A DNA stretch of 64,000 bases from Thermoproteota archaeon (GCA_037917685.1 JAVCBU010000003.1:96001-160000), one strand, 5' to 3'. Shown: positions 10,228-19,932, counted from the stretch's first letter. Numbers and translations are program-made. Notes: a model not told the origin generated them from the sequence alone.

Positions 10228-10692
10228 TCATCGTCTCTGACCGAGCTTCATGCTACCATAGGCTTTAAGCCAGAATTTAATAACGCTTGGAAGTATATCA
10301 TCGAGTTCAGGGCCTTTTCCTATTCCTCTACATCTATCTTGGAGGTAAACATAGAATGTTCTATCCTCATACTGGTACAAAGCGGAATCATCCTCATGCG
10401 GCTCTAATGGGCTAGTCCTTATAACGAAGGGGTAAAGCTTACATACCCGTGGCTTATCGGCCTGTATAGTACATACCGACTGGTAAGGCTTAAATATTAG
10501 AAATGGACAGGAAACCCCAGCATCTTTGAGGATTAATCTGTTCGCGGCCATTTTAACTCTGATCCCGTAGATCCTACTGTACTTCAATGCTTCCCAGTAT
10601 GTTATAGGTACCATATACTCTATACAGCAATCCCCGCATCTGATACATTTCCAACGCTTAGCCCTTGTCCATGGAACCAGTCCCATAGACAA
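10228..10692 (-). CDS. YkgJ/UPF0153 family cysteine-cluster protein
   Basis: CIRCGDCC, CPFL, CTI..KPRVCKLYPF and CRGIG motifs. Confidence 0.9.
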   Translation of the reverse strand: MSMGLVPWTRAKRWKCIRCGDCCIEYMVPITYWEALKYSRIYGIRVKMAANRLILKDAGVSCPFLIFKPYQSVCTIQADKPRVCKLYPFVIRTSPLEPHEDDSALYQYEDRTFYVYLQDRCRGIGKGPELDDILPSVIKFWLKAYGSMKLGQRR

Positions 10693-10750
10693 TTATAGTA
10701 TTTGTGGAGGAAGAAAATAAATTCTACCAGTTTATAATATCTAGTCAGAA

Positions 10751-10954
10751 ATGAGGAAAAAGAAAACCCAGGAAGTGATTTCTAGGGCCCTATACGCGGA
10801 CGATCCTCACCTATATACTGTTGTGTACCGTGACTACGACCAGCTGGTAGAGGAGGGTCTAATAGCTTTTTTGGAGAGGGAGATCCCTGCTCATAGGATT
10901 GTTGCAATCTACAGAGACGGGGTGATAGTATATAGGAAAGGGGAAAAGCCCTAA
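10751..10954 (+). CDS. DUF504/MJ1316-like small RNA-repair-associated domain protein
   Basis: VYRD..IPAHRIV.I...G.IVYRK pattern. Confidence 0.75.
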   Translation: MRKKKTQEVISRALYADDPHLYTVVYRDYDQLVEEGLIAFLEREIPAHRIVAIYRDGVIVYRKGEKP

Positions 10955-10964
10955 AGGCTGAGAT

Positions 10965-11036
10965 GGCCGGTCAGACCGCCCGTCCTCCAGCATAGCCCTT
11001 AAAGGCCTACGGGTAAAGAAATTGTCATCATCGGCC
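10965..11036 (-). ncRNA. Box C/D guide sRNA predicted to direct 2'-O-methylation of 16S C1402 (E. coli numbering)
   Basis: Minus strand reads GGCCG-ATGATGA...GACGGGCGGT-CTGA-CCGGCC; guide is a 10-nt perfect complement to ACCGCCCGUC; the D+5 rule gives C1402. Confidence 0.85.
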
Positions 11037-11073
11037 AATATTATAAACCAGTCCACACTTAAAATTCATACGC

Positions 11074-12174
11074 TTATGGTATTATCTCTACGGTATTGTT
11101 ATATTTAGGGTATAGTAAAAAGTCTTTATTTATTATTCCCTCCTCTATAACCTGTGCTATGGTGTCAAGATGTGTTCTCAGGCTGTCTATTGTAGATTTC
11201 ACAGTTTTACAGACACTTCTAAATCCTCTGTCCCCCCAGAGTCTTTCAATATGTGCATATAAGCATCTCCCACCGCAGTACTTAAAGTATTCACAGCTTG
11301 TACACGGCTCACCAATACCGACCTTTTCCAGTAGATCATCGGGTTTTGCAGGTAAATCTGCAAGGTACGCCCATTTTGAATCTACAGCTATTGGACATGC
11401 AATAATTCTACCATCTGTAGTAACTGTGAAGGAGTCGGTTCCAGCGCCGCAGGGTGGGGCTTGAAGCCCCCCTTTCATCATTCCCTTAACAATCCCCTGG
11501 AAGGGAGCTATGCCATAGATGATCCCATTTCTCAGACCTTCAACCCAAAACCTAACTAGCTTACTTACTCCGGGGATGTAGAGACTTTCGGACCAGTCGT
11601 CGAAGTTGCGCCACCTATCACTCCAGACGACGTCTAGCTGCCAGTGTATGTGGTCAAAAACCCTAAGGCTTAAAAGGTGTAATACGTCAAGGTATACATC
11701 GCTAACCGTTGAAACAGTCATCCTAGCTATTAGATCCCCCGTAAACCCTGCTCTGCGGATTTGAGCTGCAGCCTCTAAAACCCTCTTGTAGACTCCTCTA
11801 CCCCGATAGTAATCAGTAACCTCCTCTCTACCGTCGATAGAGAGGAGAACCGCATCAAACCTACGCCAATACTCATCTTGAAGCCTTTTATACACTATTC
11901 CGTTTGTTTGGATCACGAACTTCGCATCATACCTGCTCATAACTTCAACGATGAAATCTGTATTTAGCAAGGGTTCACCGCCATAGAAAGCTATCACAGG
12001 GTTTTCATCTCCTTCTATGAGTGTGTCCAGCACGCTAATATCATACTCTACCCTCCACGGCACTAGCCTTTCAGGAAAGCTTCCACCACAGTATATACAA
12101 TTAAGATTACACCTACCTGTAGTCATCAGTATGTAAAGCATAGTTCTCAACCCTTCCTGTAAGCCTGTACTCAT
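11074..12174 (-). CDS. Radical SAM/SPASM protein, AF0577-like family (true start probably MLYIL at about 12141)
   Basis: CNLNCIYC, FYGGEP, SPASM cysteines (CGAG, CP, CTSC..CGGRC), C-terminal NNTVEIIP. Confidence 0.85.
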   Translation of the reverse strand: MSTGLQEGLRTMLYILMTTGRCNLNCIYCGGSFPERLVPWRVEYDISVLDTLIEGDENPVIAFYGGEPLLNTDFIVEVMSRYDAKFVIQTNGIVYKRLQDEYWRRFDAVLLSIDGREEVTDYYRGRGVYKRVLEAAAQIRRAGFTGDLIARMTVSTVSDVYLDVLHLLSLRVFDHIHWQLDVVWSDRWRNFDDWSESLYIPGVSKLVRFWVEGLRNGIIYGIAPFQGIVKGMMKGGLQAPPCGAGTDSFTVTTDGRIIACPIAVDSKWAYLADLPAKPDDLLEKVGIGEPCTSCEYFKYCGGRCLYAHIERLWGDRGFRSVCKTVKSTIDSLRTHLDTIAQVIEEGIINKDFLLYPKYNNTVEIIP

Positions 12175-13036
12175 TCTCCGGGATTAGGTGGGATCCGTCA
12201 CATGAGGGCCCTGTGTTTAGCTGGGGAAAGTCCTCCCGGCATGTTGAAAAGGTCAAACCGTAGTCAGAAGCAACTTCCCCTACTAGCTTCATAAGCCGGT
12301 ATCTCTCCTTCTTGGGAAGGTATAAGTATCCTGAGATCCTTTCTCCCGATAGGTATAACTCTTTAATCCTACCTGAAACGGTGGGGAAAACCCGGGTAAT
12401 CCTTGCCATGCTGTCCCATCTTGCCTTGAAAGTTGATGAGATAATGTGTTGCGCCCCGGCTTCAGCTGCAGCCTTGACTACTATTCTTATGGACTCTTCT
12501 GAACTGTTTAGTAAGGGTACTATTGGATCAATCCTTACAGAGCATTTTACTCCTTTATCTGAGAGTATTCTGAGAGCTTCTAGTCTTAAATTAGGACTAG
12601 AAGCGTGTGGTTCAAGCTTTTTAGAAAGTTTTTCATCTATGGTTGTGATTGTGAAGCTTACAGATGCTGTTTTCCTAATAAGGTCGGCGTCCCTTACTGC
12701 TAGATGAGACTTTGTAACTATGATAACTTTCACTCCATGCTTCAATGACAATTCAAGTAAAAACCTAGTATACCTATACCTCCTTTCTAGAGGTTGATAT
12801 GGATCTGAGCTGGCTGAAGCTTCCAGTATGCTGCCTGGTTTGATCTTTAAAATCTCTTTTGCAAATCTCCTGTTAAAATCCTTTTTCGGCCTGGGGTTAA
12901 AGGCATCTTTAATATATCCTGTGATGTAGCAATAGATGCATCCATGGCCACAGCCTGTATAGGGGGCTACGCTATACTTGAAGGGGCAGGTACATAGACT
13001 TGAGCGCCAAGGGTCAAACACGTCTATGAGTGGCAA
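12113..13036 (-). CDS. Radical SAM protein, SplB/Rv2578c-like (COG1533)
   Basis: PYTGCGHGCIYCY, SSDPYQPLE, IVTKS and LEP..S motifs. Confidence 0.85.
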   Translation of the reverse strand: MPLIDVFDPWRSSLCTCPFKYSVAPYTGCGHGCIYCYITGYIKDAFNPRPKKDFNRRFAKEILKIKPGSILEASASSDPYQPLERRYRYTRFLLELSLKHGVKVIIVTKSHLAVRDADLIRKTASVSFTITTIDEKLSKKLEPHASSPNLRLEALRILSDKGVKCSVRIDPIVPLLNSSEESIRIVVKAAAEAGAQHIISSTFKARWDSMARITRVFPTVSGRIKELYLSGERISGYLYLPKKERYRLMKLVGEVASDYGLTFSTCREDFPQLNTGPSCDGSHLIPENEYRLTGRVENYALHTDDYR

Positions 13037-13152
13037 GCTCGACCACTATCCTCGAACACTGATTCTACGATCCTCGGTGATCTTATGATCATTATGTGCT
13101 AAGGAAAGCTTTAAATATGTTAAAGTTATGATGCGGGTAAGAGGGGTCATAT

Positions 13153-13377
13153 ATGCCGGTGGTTTACTGTCTTATAAGAACCAGGGTTGGCAGGGAATGG
13201 GATGTTGCAAACAGGATTAAAAAGCTCAAATATGTAACGGAGGCTTTCCCTGTCTACGGGGACTGGGATGTCATTGTGAGAATCGAATCCAAAGTTTACG
13301 AAGTAGTAGATGAAATAATAACTAAGATAAGGGGCATGGAACACATACTTGAAACGAAGACATTATTCGGACCCTAA
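13153..13377 (+). CDS. Lrp/AsnC ligand-binding (RAM) domain protein
   Basis: VYGDWDVIVRI..IRGM..I..TKT pattern; no HTH. Confidence 0.85.
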   Translation: MPVVYCLIRTRVGREWDVANRIKKLKYVTEAFPVYGDWDVIVRIESKVYEVVDEIITKIRGMEHILETKTLFGP

Positions 13378-14602
13378 ACCTCTACTTTTATTAGTCTCAC
13401 CCCCTATATTTTCGGGGGGTATGAACCCGAAGAGGCAACTTTTACTTTTGATTATCGGATGGATAGCGGTAGCATGTAGCTCGGGCCTGATTTCCTTCGC
13501 ATTACCTTTAATAAAGAAAGAGTGGGGGCTCACCGGCGGCCAGTCAGGGATAATGCTCAATGCATTTCTCGTTGGGATGTTGGCTGGAGCGAGCATATTT
13601 GGTAGAATATCGGATGTGAAGGGCAGGAAATATGGATGTATGTTATCCCTACTACTTCTGCTCTTTGGTACTGTTGCCTGTGGTTTAGCCCCTAACTGGA
13701 TGGTTATGGCTCTACTGCGGCTAATAGCTGGGCTGGGTGCTACAGGGTACATGGTGTCCGCAAGCACTTTACTTATTGAAACTTCTCCTTCAAAGGTGCG
13801 GGGTAGATACGTCGCGATACTTGAGTCAGGCTGGGCTTATGGCTGGCTATTGGCGTCATATCTGGGGCTGATACTTGCTCCAACCTACGGGTGGAGGCCT
13901 GTATTCGCAGGAGGATTGATTTCAGCCCTAGCTTTAATCTCTGTTCTCAACGCGGAAGAGTCGGAAGTATATATGCGTGCAGTTAGAGTTCCTTTCACAA
14001 AAGCCCTCAAAACACTGTTGTCAAAAAAGTATTTGAAAACCACAATAATGCTATGGATACATTGGATCTGTATTGTACTCGCCTACTGGGGAATATTCCT
14101 CTGGCTTCCAAACATCTTCTACGAGGAGAGAGGTTTAACTCTAGTTAAATCTCTTAGGTATTCCTTCTTCATAACCCTAGCTCAGATTCCAGGTTACTGG
14201 AGCGGTGCATACTTCATAGAGAAGCTGGGAAGGAAGAAAAGTCTCTCACTTTATATGTTAATCGCCGGGCTTGGAAGCATACTCTACATGTACTCATGGT
14301 CTGAATTGCAAATTGTGGCATCAGCACTCCTAATTTCAATATTCAACCTTGGAGCTTGGGGCATAACCTATGCCTACACTCCTGAGCTCTACCCCACAAA
14401 GGTCAGGGGTCTAGGAGCAGGATGGGCGAACATGATGGGGAGGATAGGTGGAATACTAGGACCATTCATGGTTGGAATAGTAAAAGACATCACTGGAGGA
14501 TACCTCGCAGCATTTATCATGTTCGCAGGCGTACATATAGCCTCAGCCCTGGCAGTCGCCCTTCTAGGAGTTGAAACCATGGGGGAGAAACTGGAGGAGT
14601 AA
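13349..14602 (+). CDS. MFS transporter (start probably ATG 13421)
   Basis: GRISDVKGRK motif A, ETSPSKVRG, ELYPTKVRG; about 12 TM segments. Confidence 0.9.
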   Translation: MKRRHYSDPKPLLLLVSPPIFSGGMNPKRQLLLLIIGWIAVACSSGLISFALPLIKKEWGLTGGQSGIMLNAFLVGMLAGASIFGRISDVKGRKYGCMLSLLLLLFGTVACGLAPNWMVMALLRLIAGLGATGYMVSASTLLIETSPSKVRGRYVAILESGWAYGWLLASYLGLILAPTYGWRPVFAGGLISALALISVLNAEESEVYMRAVRVPFTKALKTLLSKKYLKTTIMLWIHWICIVLAYWGIFLWLPNIFYEERGLTLVKSLRYSFFITLAQIPGYWSGAYFIEKLGRKKSLSLYMLIAGLGSILYMYSWSELQIVASALLISIFNLGAWGITYAYTPELYPTKVRGLGAGWANMMGRIGGILGPFMVGIVKDITGGYLAAFIMFAGVHIASALAVALLGVETMGEKLEE

Positions 14603-14604
14603 CA

Positions 14605-15441
14605 ATGGAAGAGCTTGACAGTGTTTTCGACGGACTGAGCCATCCGATTAGGAGGAAAATAATTGGGCTTATCGGCGGGAAAGGGCCTCAAACATACAGC
14701 CAGCTATTGGAGAAAACCCAACTTCAATCCGGAACCCTAAACTACCATCTTGGAAAGCTCAAAGACCTCCTTGTCAAAGACGAGGACGGTAGATATAGCC
14801 TGTCACACCTCGGTGTTTTAGCCTATAGAACGATGGAATACGCAAGCCAAAACCTGTACAGAGACCAGACAATTGTATTAAAGCCCAACGTATGGTCTAA
14901 CTTTAAAGGCATCGCTACGGAAGCCTATAGGCTAATCTTGAAACCATCAGAAGCCTATAACCCTCTTAAACAATCCAAGATAGTCCCGTTGCTCGTATAT
15001 ACATCCATATTAATTCTATCCTTAAACATGGGCGAAGAAGAATTGATAATCTCAGGTGCAAGCATACCAGCATCCTACATTCTGCTTGACCTACTCTCAA
15101 GAATGCTTTATAAGGCGCATGGAAGCTCCCAAACACTACTACTATTCACACTTAAATCATTTTATCCACAGGCATTCTACGCGGCTTTAAGGCTTCTACT
15201 AAGCCGCTACCTATCCAGAATAGACTATAGACTATACCTGTTAACATCAGAACTCCTGGTAAAGATGGTCCAGCCTATCATAGCGCTTTGGATCTTCATA
15301 CTTCTCCTACTAGCGGTTTTAAATGGTAAGAGGATAGATAGAAGCAAAGCCTTCGTCGTGGTAATTTTCACGTTCCTAATAATAAGAACCGTGTTCGATC
15401 AGCTAGGCATAGAAAGGTCGATAATAGCAATAACCTTCTAG
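14605..15441 (+). CDS. ArsR-type winged-HTH regulator fused to a multi-pass membrane domain
   Basis: LSHPIRRKII..SGTLNYHL..Y.LS..G N-terminus followed by about 5 TM helices. Confidence 0.8.
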   Translation: MEELDSVFDGLSHPIRRKIIGLIGGKGPQTYSQLLEKTQLQSGTLNYHLGKLKDLLVKDEDGRYSLSHLGVLAYRTMEYASQNLYRDQTIVLKPNVWSNFKGIATEAYRLILKPSEAYNPLKQSKIVPLLVYTSILILSLNMGEEELIISGASIPASYILLDLLSRMLYKAHGSSQTLLLFTLKSFYPQAFYAALRLLLSRYLSRIDYRLYLLTSELLVKMVQPIIALWIFILLLLAVLNGKRIDRSKAFVVVIFTFLIIRTVFDQLGIERSIIAITF

Positions 15442-15450
15442 ACAAGATTC

Positions 15451-15479
15451 CTCGTCATGACGAGAAAACCCGTCACGAC
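15451..15479. promoter_or_regulatory. Palindromic operator CTCGTCATGACGAG plus a second imperfect copy CGTCACGAC
   Basis: Perfect 14-bp palindrome at 15451-15464, related site at 15471-15479, TTTATA box at 15498. Confidence 0.6.
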
Positions 15480-15524
15480 ATAAATCTTCAAAATCACTTT
15501 ATACATAGCCAAACAGTATGGTAA

Positions 15525-15929
15525 TTGGTTAAAATGGGTATTGTAGAGTTTCTCGCTGACCTCGGTGGAAGCATAGAAAGGCATATGTCAAGTGCAGGAG
15601 TATGCATACTTCTGATAATACTTTCAATGATATTCCACTGGGCAGCTGTTCTACTGGTAATACTGCTGGCTGCAAACATCTACATAAAAGCCAGAGGGAA
15701 AGTCCCCAAGGAGCTTTCAGAGGTTGAGGTAAAGCCTCCAGAGATTAAGCCCTCAACACTCATGATTCTAATAGGCCTAGCGATGATCGTAGGCGGGGCA
15801 TGGTGGCTAATAAAGGATCTTCTCCTCATAGAAATACCAGGGGAGGTTGGCCTAATAGTACTTGGACTACTACTAGTTATAGCGGGAACCATCACGAGGA
15901 GCGAATGGGAAGGAGGTGAGCAGGAATGA
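15525..15929 (+). CDS. Membrane protein (about 4 TM)
   Basis: Hydrophobic ORF downstream of a TATA box; first gene of a translationally coupled run. Confidence 0.7.
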   Translation: MVKMGIVEFLADLGGSIERHMSSAGVCILLIILSMIFHWAAVLLVILLAANIYIKARGKVPKELSEVEVKPPEIKPSTLMILIGLAMIVGGAWWLIKDLLLIEIPGEVGLIVLGLLLVIAGTITRSEWEGGEQE

Positions 15930-16105
15930 AAAGTAAGGGGTTAGGATACCTATTGAAGGGTGCATTCTTCCTGACCATAGGCGCTGGATGGTACATCGCA
16001 GCATCGACATCAGCGTCCTTCTCAGCGGCAGCGGCGACAGTTCTTATAATGCTTGGACTAATAGTAACCCTTTCAGGTCTGCTCGGAGGTGGCGAAAGTG
16101 AGTAA
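15926..16105 (+). CDS. Small 2-TM membrane protein, 59 aa (MKSKGLGYLLKGAFFLTIGAGWYIAAST...GGGESE), not in the ORF track
   Basis: GGAGGTGA RBS at 15912, ATGA overlap with the upstream stop, fills the operon gap. Confidence 0.75.
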   Translation: MKSKGLGYLLKGAFFLTIGAGWYIAASTSASFSAAAATVLIMLGLIVTLSGLLGGGESE

Positions 16106-17204
16106 GAGCCGCAAGAAAGGTCACGGATCCGCAGCTGCTAGGATAGGATGGGTGCTTATAGGGATTGGCCTGTTCTTCCTATTGCTAACAGAGGTCCCAT
16201 GGAGCCAATATTCCAGCAGGTACAGAGCACTAACACTAATAGGTGTAGGAGCAGGCCTGATACTATGCTACACAGCCCAGCAGAAGGCGAAAAGAGCCGG
16301 GGTAGTCCAGACAATATACGGTGTAAACGTAATGCTAACGGCTGTGGGGCTTGCAGTGATAATAGCCTCAATACCAGCGTTCATAACCATGTGGGGAGGC
16401 TTCCCATTCATATGGTCACCTGGGCCGTACAGCATGACGAGGAACGGAACAGTACCAATAGAAGCGGAAAGCCTATCAGAGGCAGCGTTCAGCATCGAAT
16501 ACGTCAACGGGAACCTTGAAGTGGGCGAATACGAGGGAGAATATATAATGATAAACTACACATTGGAGGGAAGAGGCATAAGCCAAGAATCAGTTGAGGA
16601 TCTAATGGGGAAAACAAAGCTTAACATCGACAGAAGAATCGTAGACGGGAAAGCCGAGATAGACATAAACCTTGAAGCTCCAACAAAATTCTGGGTCTAC
16701 GTGGACCTCCACATAATGGTACCGGAAAGAATAGTGGCCACTATCGAAGCAAACCTTGTTTCATCAGACGTAACCATTAGTGACATAAGCTGCGAAAAAC
16801 TGGAGTTAGAGATGGTAAATGGAGAAATAAAGCTTAGAAACGTCAGCGCCACCAGGGTTAACATAGAAAATGTAAACGGCGAGATAGACCTAGAACTAGC
16901 TGCAAAGCTGGCCAGAGTCCAAAACACAAATGGAGAGATAAAAATAGGAATCTTGGGGCCAGGGGAGTACAATCTTCAGACAATCAACGGGGGAATAACG
17001 GTAAGCTCAGGCTACAAAGGGGATGTAGGCGTATACCTGAATGCTGAGACAATAAATGGGGATATCGACTTCAACATGCCAGGCATCATAGTCGAGAAGA
17101 CGAAGAGGTCGCTAAGAGCACAGTCAGACAACTATGACGTGGCAACGATGAAAGTCTACATATATGCTGAAACCGTAAATGGCTCGATAGAGATTAACCC
17201 GTAA
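16089..17204 (+). CDS. Membrane-anchored DUF4097 (Toastrack/putative adhesin beta-repeat) protein
   Basis: 3 N-terminal TM segments; repeated (T/V)xNGxI beta-strand units (VNGEI, TNGEI, INGGI, INGDI, VNGSI). Confidence 0.85.
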   Translation: MAKVSKSRKKGHGSAAARIGWVLIGIGLFFLLLTEVPWSQYSSRYRALTLIGVGAGLILCYTAQQKAKRAGVVQTIYGVNVMLTAVGLAVIIASIPAFITMWGGFPFIWSPGPYSMTRNGTVPIEAESLSEAAFSIEYVNGNLEVGEYEGEYIMINYTLEGRGISQESVEDLMGKTKLNIDRRIVDGKAEIDINLEAPTKFWVYVDLHIMVPERIVATIEANLVSSDVTISDISCEKLELEMVNGEIKLRNVSATRVNIENVNGEIDLELAAKLARVQNTNGEIKIGILGPGEYNLQTINGGITVSSGYKGDVGVYLNAETINGDIDFNMPGIIVEKTKRSLRAQSDNYDVATMKVYIYAETVNGSIEINP

Positions 17205-17235
17205 AACTTTAAGCCTCTCAAACCCATCCTTTTTT

Positions 17236-17520
17236 ATGCTGAAATTTCTAAGCACACTAATATTTTTCATAGGACTTTACACGTACATTGGAATTGAAAG
17301 GAATAGAATCTCGTTTGAACTATGGCTCATTTCCTGGCTAATCCTTCCATTAGCCTCTATAACACTATGCATTCTAGCCCTCAAATATGGTCACCTCACA
17401 AGCCTGGCCCTGGGTTCATCGGTTTCAAGTCTCACAGCCCTAACACTGCACGTAGCTCATCACATCCAAGAATATAAGAGAGCAAAAGACAATGAGGATA
17501 CGTCTACTAAACTCGCATGA
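17236..17520 (+). CDS. Small membrane protein
   Basis: 94-aa hydrophobic ORF; no motif. Confidence 0.5.
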   Translation: MLKFLSTLIFFIGLYTYIGIERNRISFELWLISWLILPLASITLCILALKYGHLTSLALGSSVSSLTALTLHVAHHIQEYKRAKDNEDTSTKLA

Positions 17521-17583
17521 TGATGCCCGCACTGCCACCGAGCTTTTAATATTAATAGCGGGGATATTGTTACGTAGACCATT

Positions 17584-19860
17584 ATGGATTCATATTCAGG
17601 CCTCTACTATTATGCTGACTATAACGAGAAATACAAAGCTATTTCAATATTCCTTAAAACCCATAATAGCTACGTAGAGTGTCTACTAGAAGATAAACCA
17701 TACTTCTACATCCCCTACGATCCAGCCGTTCACAAAAGCCTAGCCACCTTAGCCTTCAGGTATAAAGGGCGGACTATAAGGCATGCAAAGGTGGAGGCTG
17801 TCGAATCACTGGATATGGGAGTTAAGAAGAGATTCTTAAAGGTTTGTGTGGATCATCCCGACGATAGGAGGCTCATTGAGAGGAGACTTAAGGTTAAAGG
17901 TAGAGAAGTAGACTTTCCGGAATGGCAGCAAATAACCCAGGACTATAATCTTCCACCATTTAGTAATGTAAAAGTCGTGGGATCTATGCATGGAGGAGTT
18001 ATAAGGGCCAAGGAAATAACAGTTATAGGTGAAGGCGATCTTGAGAGCTTAAAGCCCTTATACTTTTACTACATTCCCCATAGCAAGAGGGGCTACCCAA
18101 AACCCGAAGATGACCCCATACTCCTAATAGCATACTATTTCGACGGAGAAAAAGGCTTGTTAAAAGCCGACGGGCTTGACGACAAACAGCTGGTAGAAGA
18201 TTTCATCTCCATAGTGAAAAGGTTAGACCCTGACATCCTCATTAGTCACAGTCAGGACTCCGAGTTCTTCCCTCACCTGTTAACCCGAGCAAAGATCCAC
18301 GGTGTAAAAGTTAGTATAGGGAGAGATGGAAGCGAACCCTTGGAAACTGGGAAGTACTTTAGAGGGATGATACTAAAAGAGTACGTCATAAGGGGGAGAA
18401 TCAACTTTGACATCTTCCCCGTGGCATGGAGAGACTTTCCAGAGCTACCTACGAAGTCTATAGGTGAAATATGCTCTAAGTTGGGCCTAAGAGAGCCTAA
18501 GATAGTGCCTTTACACAAAGTTTCCCGGTACTTCAAAGCCAGCCCAGAAATAGTCGAGCGATCAGCTATTGAGGGGTTAGACGCCATAATAAGAGTATCG
18601 GAGAAGCTTCTGCCATTCCAGTACCAGCTTTCAAGGTTAACGTTGCTCCCTCTGCACCAGCAAATAAGAACAACGGTTGGAGACTTGGTTGAAGCAAAGG
18701 TGTCATACGAGATGAAAAGAAGGGGGTGGGTTCAGCCAAGAAGACCATCTAAGAGAGTGGTAAGCTACTATCTGGGAGGCCTTGTATGGCTTAAGGAGCC
18801 AGGTATTTACGAGAATGTAGGGTACCTCGATTTCAGATCTATGTATCCAAGTATCATCGTAAAATACAACATATCCGCTGAGACGGTTGATCCGCCACCG
18901 GGACTATGCAAGGATGGAATAGAGCTTGTAGAAGTCGGGAATGTTAGGCATGAAGTGTGTAAGACGGTTAAAGGTCTAATAGCTGGAATCGTAGAGGAGC
19001 TTATGGAGACACGTTTTAAACTTAAGGATAAACTTAGAAGTCTTAAGGAGGGAACGCCTGAATACCTGCGGATAGACGCAATGCAACATGCAGTCAAAGT
19101 TATAGCCAATGCCTCCTATGGATACATGGGTTGGACAACATCTCTCATGTACGATAAGTCTGCTGCAGAGCTCATAACAGCTCTCGGCAGGAAATTCATT
19201 GAAGATGTTAGAAACTATGTGGAGGATAAAGGATACACCCCAATATACATGGATACTGATGGAATACAGGTTATAGGTGGAAATGAGGAAAAATATCTTC
19301 AGCTTGTAGATATGATAAATAAGGATTTCCCTCTAATCATAGAATATGAGTATACTGCTAAGAGGGCGGTCTATTTCACCAAGAAAAAATATGCACACCT
19401 AGTGGATGGTAAAATAATAGCTAAAGGGTTTGAATTCATAAGAAAAGACTACCCGAAAATAGTAAAAGACGCCCAGAGGGAGGCTATTACAATAATACTC
19501 AAAGGAGGAACAGTAAAAGATGCGAAAGAAGCATATGACAAGTATATAGAAAAGCTCAGAAGGGGAGACGTAACAATAGAAGATCTAACTATCACAGAGC
19601 AGCTTGGCAAGAAGCTTGGCGAGTTTGAAAGACTTACAAAGGCCTCTGCTGCAGCCATGTGGCTCCTTGAGAAGGAAGGGATAGAGATACACCGCGGACA
19701 AAACATAAACATAGTAATAATAAAAGGCGGGGGAGGAATCAACGAAAGGGCAAGGCCAGCTGAGTTTTACGAGGTGGAAGACTGCGATCTAAACTATTAT
19801 CTCCAGCTATTAACCCAGGTGAAGGAGAGAGACCTCCGGAAGCTTAAACACCAATCGTAG
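17584..19860 (+). CDS. polB: Family B DNA polymerase (PolB3-like) with intact polymerase motifs and degenerate 3'-5' exonuclease motifs
   Basis: DFRSMYPSII, KVIANASYGY and YMDTDG present; the ExoI region reads FYYIPHSKRG rather than FDIE. Confidence 0.9.
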   Translation: MDSYSGLYYYADYNEKYKAISIFLKTHNSYVECLLEDKPYFYIPYDPAVHKSLATLAFRYKGRTIRHAKVEAVESLDMGVKKRFLKVCVDHPDDRRLIERRLKVKGREVDFPEWQQITQDYNLPPFSNVKVVGSMHGGVIRAKEITVIGEGDLESLKPLYFYYIPHSKRGYPKPEDDPILLIAYYFDGEKGLLKADGLDDKQLVEDFISIVKRLDPDILISHSQDSEFFPHLLTRAKIHGVKVSIGRDGSEPLETGKYFRGMILKEYVIRGRINFDIFPVAWRDFPELPTKSIGEICSKLGLREPKIVPLHKVSRYFKASPEIVERSAIEGLDAIIRVSEKLLPFQYQLSRLTLLPLHQQIRTTVGDLVEAKVSYEMKRRGWVQPRRPSKRVVSYYLGGLVWLKEPGIYENVGYLDFRSMYPSIIVKYNISAETVDPPPGLCKDGIELVEVGNVRHEVCKTVKGLIAGIVEELMETRFKLKDKLRSLKEGTPEYLRIDAMQHAVKVIANASYGYMGWTTSLMYDKSAAELITALGRKFIEDVRNYVEDKGYTPIYMDTDGIQVIGGNEEKYLQLVDMINKDFPLIIEYEYTAKRAVYFTKKKYAHLVDGKIIAKGFEFIRKDYPKIVKDAQREAITIILKGGTVKDAKEAYDKYIEKLRRGDVTIEDLTITEQLGKKLGEFERLTKASAAAMWLLEKEGIEIHRGQNINIVIIKGGGGINERARPAEFYEVEDCDLNYYLQLLTQVKERDLRKLKHQS

Positions 19861-19932
19861 AAGGACAAGACTGGCACTCGTAGAACTAACTCTTTATAAG
19901 TCTCGCTTGGTAATAGGCTATTTAGACCTCTC

